Part shown: positions 26,289 to 38,308 of the stretch, piece after piece
How positions within the stretch are numbered: position 1 is the stretch's first letter
How the letters are laid out: every line of letters starts with the position of its first letter
Source: Paragordius varius
Taxonomy: Eukaryota > Animalia > Nematomorpha
Direction of reading: 5' to 3'
DNA: 64,000 nt
Assembly (NCBI GenBank): GCA_964247055.1
Contig: OZ176053.1
Coordinates: forward strand, 2,170,001 to 2,234,000
The notes under the pieces: model-generated
The model's input: only the letters and a program-made list of their open reading frames with translations
Database searches by the model: none
Told to the model about the DNA's origin: nothing
Position numbers and translations under genes: made by a program

Positions 26289-29200
26289 TTATACGTAAAC
26301 ATTTATTTTTAAATTAAAATTTTGCATAGATTTTATAAAGTAATCTGGTAATTCTGAATCTATATTCATTAATTCTTCGCAGCCTTTAACTCTGTTGTTG
26401 GGTAGGAAAGGCAATGATATTGATTTTAAATGCACCATTTGCGGAATACATAATGTATCATTGTAATCTTGTATTTGATATTTCCTTAAATATTGTTTTG
26501 TCCTTTCGGGCAGTTTCTTTGGGCAAGGCAAAGGGATAAAAAATGGATATATTTACAAATAAATATTCGCTCTTATAAAAATTTGTTAAATAGTTTTTGA
26601 AAGTTAAATAAAATTACATTTGTAAAGTAATGTTAGGGCCAAAAAAACATTTTTTATGAATTTGTAAATTAAATGACCCGCTAAGAATTGTACTAAGGAT
26701 AAAAAATGTTGGATATTTACCTCTAAAATTTTACTGGGAGAGTATTAATAAAAATAATAACATTAGATGCAAAACCCTACGTTTTATGTGAAATATTAAT
26801 TAGAATTCATGATAAATTAATTAAGCAAACCACTTTTTACTTAACGTTTCCATGAAGTTTTTTGTAATTAACGAATAATTTTGATTAAAAATTCTTTTCT
26901 AAAAAATCGGTGTCAATTCCATGTTTTTATCAAATTTTAATTTCGGCGAAAAAGGCGCAATTTGAAAAAAGGAGAATAAAAATCTATTTATAAGGACCAT
27001 ATCTGTGTTACTATTACCTAAGTTTATAATTATAAAAATAAATGCTTAATATAAAAAAAATATGATAATTTGGTATTACCTGTTGTGTATCGTTACACAA
27101 TGTTGGATCTAACAAAGTTCGTCCATCATTTAAGCTTTTAAGGAATACTAGTTGTTGAGAAAACATATGATCACCCAATATGGGACATAACAGCTTTTGT
27201 ACGGCAAACATATTTATAATACTGTGTGCAACTATATGATGCGTGAAAATTTTTTTTATTAAATTATACATATATTGTACATTATTCTAAATACACCATT
27301 TACAGTTTAAATCACCCTCAAACAATTTAAATTCCCCTTTAAACAATTCAAATTCACCCTACAATTCAAATTACCCCCCGAAGAATTCAAATTTACCCTT
27401 GAACAATTCGAATTCACCCTAAAAATATGGGTTTTCTACGTAATATAACTCATTAATAATATAAAATACATCTTTAGGGCATAGTTTATTATTTTTTCAG
27501 TATTATTTTAATTCCAAAAAAAATTTGATTTTTTAAAAATATAAAAAAATATAAGTAATTTTTAATCTTAAAAAAATACTATATTTATTTTAGAATGAAT
27601 TTGTTTAAGGGTGAATTTGAATTGTAAATGGTATATTTTTTTAAGAGTAAAAACATTTAATAAAGAATCACATCTTTTAAAACTGACCAGTTTAAGAAAA
27701 TATAAAAAATGGAATCTTATTAACAAATAAGTTAATATGAAAGGTTTCCTCCATAATGGTTATTTAAAAAAACTCATCAAATTTAATAAAAATAATTTTT
27801 CCAGTGAATTTTAATTATATTTTATAATTTTAAAACTTATCTTAATTTTGTGTCTCTACTAAACCTTACAACTTAAATATAACGATTATAAAAAATTAGG
27901 TTAAGATATTTGCACTTAAAGACTGTCTTTCAACATTTCAAGTTGGTCCTTAAATTTATTCCATGCTTTTATCAAGCAATTAAATAAAAACCTTTTTTGT
28001 TACAAAATAATTTATCCTATTCAATAGTATTTTAACTTAATAATACGGTTAAAAAATGCAGTTAATAACCCAAAAAACGCATGTAAAATTGAAACTTTGT
28101 TTTTATATTAAATGTTGTGGTATTGATTATAATGTTCATGTAAATATAAACATTGTAAAGGTTGGGGATGAATGATATATATAGTTTTAGATAAATAATG
28201 TTTAAGGACCAATACTTGAAATGTAAATGTTTATTTTTACAAAATAAAAACAAATTATATACATGCGTATACCCCAAATTTTTTTTAAAAAATCAAATAA
28301 TTATTCATAGGTACAACACGTTAAAATTTAAGGGAAAATATTTTCATAAGAAAACAACCATCCTTTTGTGACCCAAATAAGTTGCTACAATAAAAAAATT
28401 AAGGATCAAAACAGTATATAATTGTTTTTTTTGGCGAACAATTTTATTGTTTAATTTATATTAAATTCCAAAGTATTTATAACTTATTAATAATGTTTTA
28501 CACAAAAAATGAAAATAATAACCCAAAAAGGCATGCATCATCAAAGTGTTATTAAAAATGGAAAAATGGGATTAAATATATGCATGCACTGATAGAAAAC
28601 TATCAAAATAAACTTCATCTGTTTGACTTATTAAAACTTAAAGGATATATATATCAAAAATTAATCACTTTTAAAAGAAGATAATTTTTTAATGGTAGTT
28701 TAATAAAAAAATAGTCTAATAATTATAATGCATCTCATAACTTTTCAATTGTTATTTAATATAAAAAAAATAAAAAAATCATACGAAAATCAGTTGAAAA
28801 TTCGTAAAGGCTTGTGAAACTGTCAGTATTGTAGGCTAAACATTTATAATGCAAACGGTATTTCTTAATTAATTTTTCCAAAATTAATCGCTGGCTAGGT
28901 TTTTCTGTGATATTCCACTAAAGAAATAGAAATGGTTTAATTGAACAAATAAAATACTATATATTTTTCTAGAAAAATATATTTTCATAAATTATATATA
29001 TGCCCGATGTGTGTTAGATTTTGATTGAAATGATTTAATGTAAAAAGTATGTTGGCCGGAAAGTTGTGCTTTGTTAGGTGTGCCCAAACATAACGCCCTA
29101 TATATAAACATATATAAATCCATAACTTTTATCAGGTCGTTTAAAAAGCAAAATATAAATTATGATATTTAAGCGACTTTGACTATTCTTTTTTATTAAA

Positions 29201-29954
29201 TTGTTTAATTTAAAATAAATAAGAATTAGTATATGCTAATATTTGTATGACATTTTGCCCATATTGTCCAAATATAAATTAACAGAATAAAAAGGAAGTT
29301 AAAACTAGACTGAAAATTGTTGGAACATTAACCAAAATTATTTGGCAAAATATATAAAATCGGATCTATTAAATCAGAAATGTTTAAAAAAATTCATAAA
29401 TTAATATAAGCTGTAGCGTTTTGGATAAAAACAAGTATACATATCTAATTTGTTGTAAAATTTTATTTTAATAATTTATATATATGGATTTACCATATTT
29501 TAAGGCTATTTAATTTGTGTGTTCGGCTATGTGTTATCAGTAATTTTAATTTTTCAGCTTCTTGCATAGTTGTCGACAACATAACTAAACCAGAATAATA
29601 ACTAATCCAATTAACTAAAAAAATACCGATTAAGGCCACGAACTATGTACAAATTTTTTACATTCAGTTCTTCACATAAATTTTGCGTTACATCTGAAAG
29701 GGATAATCCTGCATTTTCTGTCCCATGGGCTAAATCACAATTAGGAATCAAAAACAACTTAGCGCTAGCCCATTAGGTTTATTTAGGATAATTGTGTCAT
29801 TTTTGTTGTAAACAATATTGTTTAGCACCAAAGAAATTAATTCCGCCTTGTGATTCCAAATCCGTGTGGGAATTTTAAGGCTTAATTGAGGTGTTGCCAT
29901 ATGAAAGATTTCACCACATTTGTTGCATCTGTTAACCAATTTTATACGTGGCAT
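26289..29954 (-). CDS. RluA-family mitochondrial pseudouridine synthase-like protein (RPUSD3/RPUSD4-like), 337 aa
   Basis: Exons 29954-29759, 29729-29627, 29601-29494, 29097-29004, 28917-28785, 27231-27080, 26516-26289 (1014 nt, phases consistent). Motifs: IILNKPNGLAL (motif I), LYIVRGLNRYYSGLVMLST (motif II region), IWALCLGTP, LLCPILGDHMFS, IPQMVHLKSISLP, ELPDYFIKSMQNFNL. Introns of 29 and 25 nt plus one GC-AG intron. Confidence 0.85.
27291..27634. mobile_element. MITE family B copy in an RPUSD intron
   Basis: ACACCATTTACAG, about six subterminal units at left, GGGTGAATTTGAATTGTAAATGGTATA at right. Confidence 0.8.
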
Positions 29955-29996
29955 TTTTCGAATCTCATATTTTTTTGAATTAATTGAAATATAACA
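29955..29996. promoter_or_regulatory. Putative bidirectional promoter region, RPUSD-like / calumenin
   Basis: Only 42 nt separate the two divergent start codons. Confidence 0.55.
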
Positions 29997-31502
29997 ATGT
30001 GCAATAACTACTTAATATTTATCGCTATTTATTCCACACTAATTCTTTCCACATCATGCGTACCTAAAGTATTTTATTTCCGTTTTTATAAATATTTTTT
30101 TTTCGTCGTCAGGAAACAAAGCATTATGAACAAGGAGTACATAACCCAAACTATGATGCACAAGCAATTTTAGGTGAAGAAAATTTAACTGGAGTTTCTG
30201 AGGAAAAAAAGCGTATGAGATTGGGGTATAAATACAATTTTTTTATTATATATTAGTGATATTGTTGATGAAATGGATACTGATAAAAATGGATTGATAT
30301 CTCAAGATGAGCTCAAAAAATATATTCAACACATGCAAGTAAAAAAACGTCCCTAAATGACTTTTAGTTAAAATATGTGACATCCGACACGGAGCGGCAT
30401 TGGAAACATTTAAAACTGAACGATTACATCAATTTTACTTTTTATGCCGAAAAAACTTATGGACTTCCTGGTAATAATTCGTAAGAATTTGGGTGAAAAA
30501 TAAATTTTTTGTATATTGTAAATTTATATTTAAGCTTTTTTTACATTTTTATTGGACAATAACTTTTTTTATAAAAAAAATTAATTTTATACAAATTTTA
30601 ATTTAAAGTCCAAAAAAATTGTTCCAAAACTTTATTAAAAAGTTATTTACTTTTCCATATTTACAATTTTAAGCGCCTTAAAGACAAATTTGTCCTAAAA
30701 TCATTACTTTTTTCTGTAAAGAATTTCATATTTTGTTCCCTATAAAAGGAATAAAATACTCTCTTTATAAACCCTAAATTTTAGATGACCCTGAATTCAA
30801 AGACCGAATTGAAAGAGATCAATTGAAATGGAATGCCGCCGATGTGGACAGAGATGGACAACTTTCAAAACAGGAATTTATGGTTTTTTTGCACCCGGAA
30901 GATCATGAACATATGAAATATATTGTTATGAATGTAATTTTATTTTTAGCTTTTTTTCAGAATTAATTATTGAAAAAATAAATTAAATTCTTAATTATGT
31001 GACATATAAACATCAAATTTGTGTTTATTACGTTAAAATATGCAAAAAGATTTTGTTATATTGCTCAAAATTGTATAAAATTAGTTAGATATCTTTTAAT
31101 TGATTTTTAAAATAATAATTTAACTATAATAGGAAACGTTTCAAGATATCGATAAAAACGGTGATGGGAAAATAACGTTAGAAGAATACATTGGTATATC
31201 TAATTTATATTTCATAATGCATGCTAACTAGTAACACTTGCTATTTATTAACTATTAAATTTAAAATGTTAATGGCCTATTTTATTTGGCTGATTACGTT
31301 TTTTTTATTCATGTTTTTTTAATTTTCATTATTATTAATAATTCGTACTCTATAATTAATTTATTGTTTCTCATTTTATGACATGTATAGCATAAATTTT
31401 ATATTTTTTTATGGTTTAAGAACGTCATTCAAACAATTTATCAATAAAAATTGTACAAAGTCAGGTAATTTTACCCTTGTAATTTACCACTGTTTTAGAA
31501 GA

Positions 31503-31563
<61 letters not shown>

Positions 31564-33896
31564 AGCGGTATGGCATAATTATGTTAATATTCTCCATAAT
31601 AACCATTTATTGTTTTTTACCATACACTACTGTAAACTAAAATTTAAATCTAATCATTATATAATGATTAATATCATATTGATGCAACCACTACTTACGT
31701 CGATATTAAACCTTTTTATAGTTACAAGAATTAGATATTTTCAGAAAGAAATTATAACATTTTTTTGGTTTTCAATAAGCATATTTATTGTAAACATACT
31801 TTTATATATACCATTTACGATTCAAGTTCACCCTTGAACAATTCATATTCATTCTCGAACAACTCGAATTTACCTCTGAACAATTCAAATTCACCCTAAA
31901 CATAAATTATGTGTGGGTTAATATAACTCATCATTAATATGAAATATAGCTTTATGGCTTAATTTATTATTTTTTCGGTATTGTTTTAATTTTAAACGTA
32001 AATTCATTTAAATTTATAAAAAAATATTGGTAATAATTTTTAATCTTAAAACAATTTATTTTAGGGTGAATTTGAATAGTTCAAGGGTGTAATTGAAGCG
32101 TAAATGGTATATCACAAGTTACAAAAATTATTAAAGTTTTTTAAAAAATATCATTTTTTTGTTTCATAGGTGATTTATATCACATTGATCCAACAACTAC
32201 CAATGGCGAAGACGAACCTGAATGGGTTAAACAAGAACGAATCCAGTTTCGTGAATATCGAGATAAAGATAAAGACGGTTTCTTAAACATGGATGAACTC
32301 AAGGAATGGTATATGCCCGATGATTACGATCACGCTGAAGCCGAAGCCATACACCTTATAACTGAGGCTGACACTGATAAGGTAGTATATTTTTAAAGAT
32401 CTATCAGTTTTTCAAAGTTGATGGTACTTGATTTGAGATAAGTTTTTATTGCTGTTTTCCAATTGTTTCTATTTTCCGCATCTTCTATTTTTAATTTGGC
32501 ATCAGTAAGATCATTATAGTACTGATCCAGCTTTTGAAGGGTCTGCCAGGCATTGAGCTAGGTGTGGAGTAGGACATCGTTATATGTATATAATTATCTG
32601 GTGGTCTACGATGGATGTGACCAGCCCATCTCAGTCTTTTAGCTCTTAGAAAGCGATCAAGAGCAGTGATATTGAGAATTTTATAAGGGTCAAATTGATT
32701 ATTAAAGTGAAAGAGTTCAGGATTATGTACAAAAAGTATTGTATTGAGTATTTTGGATTCTGATCTTTGGAATATACCAAGGTTTGACTTTGTCATGGGC
32801 CAACATTCCGTGCCGTAGGTTAGTGCAGGACGGATAATGGTAGAATATAGTTGCGATTCCGTTTCAAGTTTGATGTATTTATTATTAATTAGTAAAAATT
32901 AATTTTTTGCTATTCAGTTTACTAAGATTTTTGTTATGTGACCGCTGTTTCTTGTTTTAAACAGAGTACAAAACTTAAGGATTATAATTTTAAGCTATTG
33001 AGTTTATATATATGACCCTTTCCCGCTTTCCTTACTAGGGACTTTGTGTTGATCATTATACACTTTTTTGAATCGAATATGGCATTTTAATTTTAGAGTA
33101 ATAAGCGTTTTAAGTTGAATATACTGTACTATAAACTCATTTATTTTGAGTATTGTGGTGCTTGTATACAGATGGAGCTTAAGTAATTATTGAAATTTAT
33201 ATGAACTCTAAAACTTTTTATCAGGACCGACCCATTTTTCATCTCGAATCTTCTTGCACAAAAATTGGATTTCAAAGGTTAAATAATTAAAATTGATTAA
33301 TTACCAGATTTTAGAGTTTATCATACGACGGGTGGTCTTTGTTAATCTTTATTGCACTTATACTTCATATTCACCCTAGTGTTTTTTATGATTAATATTA
33401 CTTTTATTTTTTATTTTAAAAAAAATTTTGTTTAAATTCAAATAATACTGAAAAAATAGTAAACTAAGCCATATATAAAAATAAGTTATATAGGCCCGAA
33501 ATATATATATTAAAAATTGAAATTATACGAACAAAACGTTACCATTTAAAGATAAAAGAAAAGACAACCATCCATACATTTTAAATATTTTTTTAAAATA
33601 TAACTATTCTTTGTTAAAAATTTTAAAGTATAAAATAGAGTTAAAAATCGGTAACTTATCCAATAATGTTTTATTATACGATTTTTTTCATCATAGCATA
33701 AATTTTAAAAAAGTTTGATTATATTAAAAAAATGCCTTTATATATTTATTGTCCGTATAATTTTCATTTTAATCTATATATATAGGATGGTATGTTAACT
33801 AAAAACGAAATTTTGGACAAAATGGATTTATTTACGGGGAGTCAAGTAACGGATTATGGACACAGTATTGAACGCGAAGATCATGATGAATTATAA
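29997..33896 (+). CDS. CREC-family multi-EF-hand ER protein (calumenin/reticulocalbin), 300 aa, signal peptide and C-terminal HDEL
   Basis: Exons 29997-30068, 30113-30225, 30257-30338, 30368-30470, 30785-30933, 31133-31193, 32170-32381, 33786-33896 (903 nt). Hydrophobic N-terminus; EF-hands [60 protein letters not shown]; EPEWV and [10 protein letters not shown] motifs; ends EDHDEL. Confidence 0.95.
31807..32111. mobile_element. MITE family B (TATACCATTTAC..GTAAATGGTATA) with subterminal about 21-bp repeats, representative copy
   Basis: Termini TATACCATTTAC / GTAAATGGTATA with a variable number of TTCACCC(T)TGAACAATTCAAA units. Other copies at about 22440-22728, 27291-27634, 34419-34716, 36154-36403, 39461-39708, 42409-42691. 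Confidence 0.85.
32400..32880 (-). mobile_element. 5'-truncated RTE-clade LINE fragment in calumenin intron 7
   Basis: [66 protein letters not shown]: the typical RTE C-terminal motifs. Confidence 0.85.
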
Positions 33897-36153
33897 ATTT
33901 TTTATTTTTTTTTTCCTATATACCAAATTTTTATATAATTATTTTTGATCTAATAATTCTGTGAAATTTTATATGAGCATTTTAGGCGATGATATATTTA
34001 TCTGTTGACTTTTATATATACACAATGAGATATCACAGTTTTAATTAAATTACAATATTATGATAATTTTTTTAATCTTTTTACTCATTTAAGGCTTTTA
34101 CAGTAAAAATTGAAATTATACAAACAAAACGTTAAAAAAAACAATATTTTTTGCCAAAAAACGCTGTCCCTTTTTATACTTCATTTTATTAAAAATAACT
34201 CATTGATTTTAAACTAAAGAGTATAAAATAGAAATTTGGTAACATAATCAATTATAAGTTAAGGTTTAAAAAGTATGGCTTTCTGTTCAAAAAATATGTG
34301 TCTTTAAATTTTATGTTTTGTTCGCATGATTTAAATATACTAGAGACATTTTTTAATTTTTTGGGTGGTTTTTGTAACTTTTTAACAAAATTAAATATAC
34401 ATATACTATTTATTCATATATACCATTTACGAATCGAATCCCTTAAACAAATTAAATTCACCCCTAACAATTCAAATTCACCCTCGAACAATCCGAATTA
34501 ACCCTAAAATAAATCAAGTGTTTTTTAAGATCAATTTTATTCTTATTTTATAATATTTTCAAAATATGAAATTCTGTTCAAAATTAATATAATGCTGAAA
34601 AATTAATATACTATTTCATAAAAATATATTTCATATAAATGATGAGTTATATCAGCCTGAAAACAATTTATTTTTAGGGTGAATTGAATTGTTTAAGGGT
34701 GAATATGAATGTTATATCATAAATTGTGTTTTAATTTAAACCACAATAATGCCTTAAGACAAAACGTTAAATTATTTTTAACATTGGAAACAAAGGTTGT
34801 ACTATATTAAGGAAACATATTTAAAGGTAATCCATATAGTGTAACTTTTATGGCAAAACAAAATTATTTAGGAAGTGCTTGGTTGATGTACGATTAGTTT
34901 TTCCAATTAATTATATATTATTTAACACATTTATTTAAGAAACTTTTATGCTATACTTATAATCGTTTATATGATGTTTTTTAAAATAGTAATGAGTATT
35001 CAAAATTGACGCCTATTAAGAGGCGATTTTTACATTAAAAATTAAAATTAAACAGAAAAAGGCGAATACTTTTGAGGACCTTTATTTCCTGCAGTTTCAA
35101 TTTTAAATTATATGATTGAGTTGTGAGTATATTACATTCACATTAATCCAATTTCACAAGCAACCTTTATTTAAATTTATAAATTTCATACTGTTGTCAA
35201 AAACTTTGGGATTGGTAATAGCGCCAAGATATGGTATCGAATTTTATTGATACTTTGTTAACTAAAAAGTTCGACGCTTTATAGTTATCTCAATTTTTGA
35301 TAAATACTTTAAAGAAATTAATGTTGATCAAATGTAATAAATTAATTTAAAAATTCATATATATAAAATATTTATTTGTTAAATAAATATGTGATACGAG
35401 ACTAGAATTAAGTACAATATTACGATATATATAAATATATACTAAAGCTAATTTACACATATAAGTTGATATATAATAATAAAATATTGCACTGTGAATG
35501 TTAGAATGTTCCTCTTTGGTGTTTGTTGGGAAGCAATATTAAATAATTTAAATATACATATTTTAAAAAAGTATATATTAAATGTGTTTTAATTATTGGA
35601 ATGTTAATTTTTATAATGCAGACAAATAATTTGATATATATAAATAAATATATATATATATATATATTATATATATACAGTATGAGTAAGTATATATTGC
35701 TGGAAATCATTAATTATTTCTAAATAGCATATGCAGCAAGGAGAATTATTATTGGCTAATAATAGTAAAAAGTGAAAAAAATAACTATAAGCCAATAACT
35801 GCCCTTTAATATATATGCTATTTGGCAATAATTAATAACTTTCTAGCAATGTTGACTTACTCATACTAAATATATATATATATATATAATTAAGGATTTT
35901 GAACCCTGGCATATAAAAAATTGTGAAGTATGAAAACGATAGGCTTTGGGTTCGATTTCAAATGTAACTCCTGTAATACAAAAATAAATTTTTTATAAAA
36001 AACATTTTTTTAATATTTTAAATAAAATTGATATTACTAAAACTATTTTTCTAAATAAGCCTGCCTATGCAACTGGCAAAAAGCAGAAAAAAATGTTATA
36101 TTTTGTTTACATCATATTTAAAATCTCGAATGAATTATACATGAATGCCCATA

Positions 36154-36403
36154 TATACCATTTACGATTCGAATTCACCCTTTAACACTTAAAAATAAAT
36201 TAATTGTTTTCCGGGATAATATAACTTATCATTAATATGAAATAAATTTTTACTACATAGTTTATTATTTTTTCAGCATTATATTAATTTTAAACAGAAT
36301 TTCATATTTTAAAAATTTCAAACAATAAAGGTAATATTTATTTTAGAGTGAATTCGAATTGTTCGAGGGTGAAAAAGGGTGATTTTGAACTGTAAATGGT
36401 ATA
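36154..36403. mobile_element. MITE family B copy
   Basis: TATACCATTTACGATTCGAATTCACCC ... GGGTGATTTTGAACTGTAAATGGTATA. Confidence 0.8.
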
Positions 36404-37310
36404 TATTTAGAATACGGCGCGTGGTAATTTCAACGCTAAAAATGCGGCCCACAAAGCCAGTTGTATTGGACACGCCTGTTTTAAAACATCATATATATAA
36501 AATAACTTACATATTCAATAAAATCTTTGGTAGATTTTTTAGATGGTAAAAAATTATGGTTTCCAACATCATCATGATAACAATTAGCTGTATTTTCTAG
36601 ATAAAAAAATAACTTCAAAAAAAACAAATCAAAATTTTCCCAAAAGATTGGCCTGTCATTTAAATTACTAGATATTTGATGGAAAAATATAGATTTTAAT
36701 AAAAATATAGCATAATTTTTAGCATTTATAGGTATTTTAAAAATGAAAATATTTTTTGTAAAAAAATGAAACCTATATACTATGTAATCAATATAATATC
36801 ATTTTTGTAATTGCAAAATTTAATAACCGGAACCGTTTTAAATTACAAGTAATACCTTCTTTCAAAGAAAAATACGACATGAAATAACTTTATGTTATAC
36901 ACTTACAAGTAGGAGTAAGTATACATTTCTAGAAAGTTATTAATTATTGCCAAATATAGGAAATACAATAAAGGGCAGTATTAGTTGCATATATTTTTTT
37001 CACTCTTTGCAATTATTAACCAATAATACTGCACCCTTTGATGTATTTACAATTTGACAATAATTAATAACTTTCTAGCCATTGTATACTTAAAATTTAG
37101 CTATTTTAAGCACATTAAAGCAATCTATTTGCTAATACCTATATATTGCAATTTTTTGTACGTTGGTGATACGTTTTTACTATTCTTGCTTACATCAGGT
37201 GAAATATTTGAATAGGGAATGGGAGGAGAAGGCACTTTACAATTAGTTGATGGGAACAAACTTTTTTGATTTGGAGCTAAAAAAAGAAATTATTATAACA
37301 GATGAATATC

Positions 37311-37922
37311 TATACCATTTGCACTTCAAGAGTGTCCTTGACTTCAAATTGACATTTCAAGTTGGTCCTTAAACAATTCAAGTTGGTCCTTGAATTTCAA
37401 GTTGGTCCTTGAACACTTCAAGAGATCCTTTGACTTTTATGTTTAGTTTTTAATTTTTATCAATCAAATCGTAAATAATTCATCTATTGTATTGTTTTTA
37501 ACCTATTTTCTATATTTTACATAAATTTTAAATCGATATCAACTTTTAATCTTTGAACCGGACTTTATTAATTTCTTAAAATAATTTTGGATATTTATAA
37601 GATTTTAACACAAAATAAAAAAATACATAAGTTTTTTGGGTTGTTATTTAAAACATTTCATTAAAAACATTTAAAAGTCAATAATTTTGTTCAATTGAAA
37701 AAAAATAGTTTGAAACAAAAAAGTGGTTTTTCAATAAAAAATTTTATTTTTAGATGAATAAATATATAATAAATAAAGAAAATTAAGTTAATAAATAATA
37801 AAATAGAAAATTAAATGCAAAAATTATGGTTATATCATAATTTATAAATTTTAAGGACCAACTTGAAGTGTCAAGGACCAACTTGAAATGTTCAAGGACA
37901 CTCTTGAAGTGCAAATGGTATA
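37311..37922. mobile_element. MITE family C (TATACCATTTGCACTTCAAG..), 612 bp
   Basis: Perfect 31-bp TIR TATACCATTTGCACTTCAAGAGTGTCCTTGA with tandem TTCAAGTTGGTCCTT(G)AA units inside both ends. Older copy at about 27903-28232. Confidence 0.88.
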
Positions 37923-38308
37923 ATTAATTCTTTATGATATACGAAAAAAACAAATATATAATTGGTTTCAATTTTTAATTGTAACAAATTGTCCTTTAAG
38001 TATACATATATAGAATAAAAAATGTTTAAATATAAAATCCAAAAAAATAGTTAACTAACTTTCTTTAATTTAAAAAGGGAAAAATTTATATTAAAAATCC
38101 GCAAGTTCAGTCAAATAATATCAAAAAATTGCTATATAATTCGGTAATAAAAGTCATAGAAAAGTATAAAAATGCTAAAAACTGATAGTAGCAAATTTAA
38201 AAATATACTTAAAGATTTACATTAGAGGATTTGTTATATAAATACTCTTAAAAACTTGTAAAATCTACAAATTCAGAATTTTTATTCAATAAAAAAAGTC
38301 AAAAAAAC

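Noticed and set aside
26289-26531. SLPFLP..LPDYF first looked like a Mutator transposase C-terminus
   Set aside because: It splices in phase to the CPILGDHMFS exon and matches the RPUSD3/4 C-terminus.
27300-27425. CRISPR-like arrays of about 20-21 bp repeats (also 37340-37430)
   Set aside because: No unique spacers, eukaryotic context, and mirrored at the other end of a MITE.
35948-35958. tRNA T-loop-like GGGTTCGATTT
   Set aside because: No A box, acceptor stem or cloverleaf could be built.
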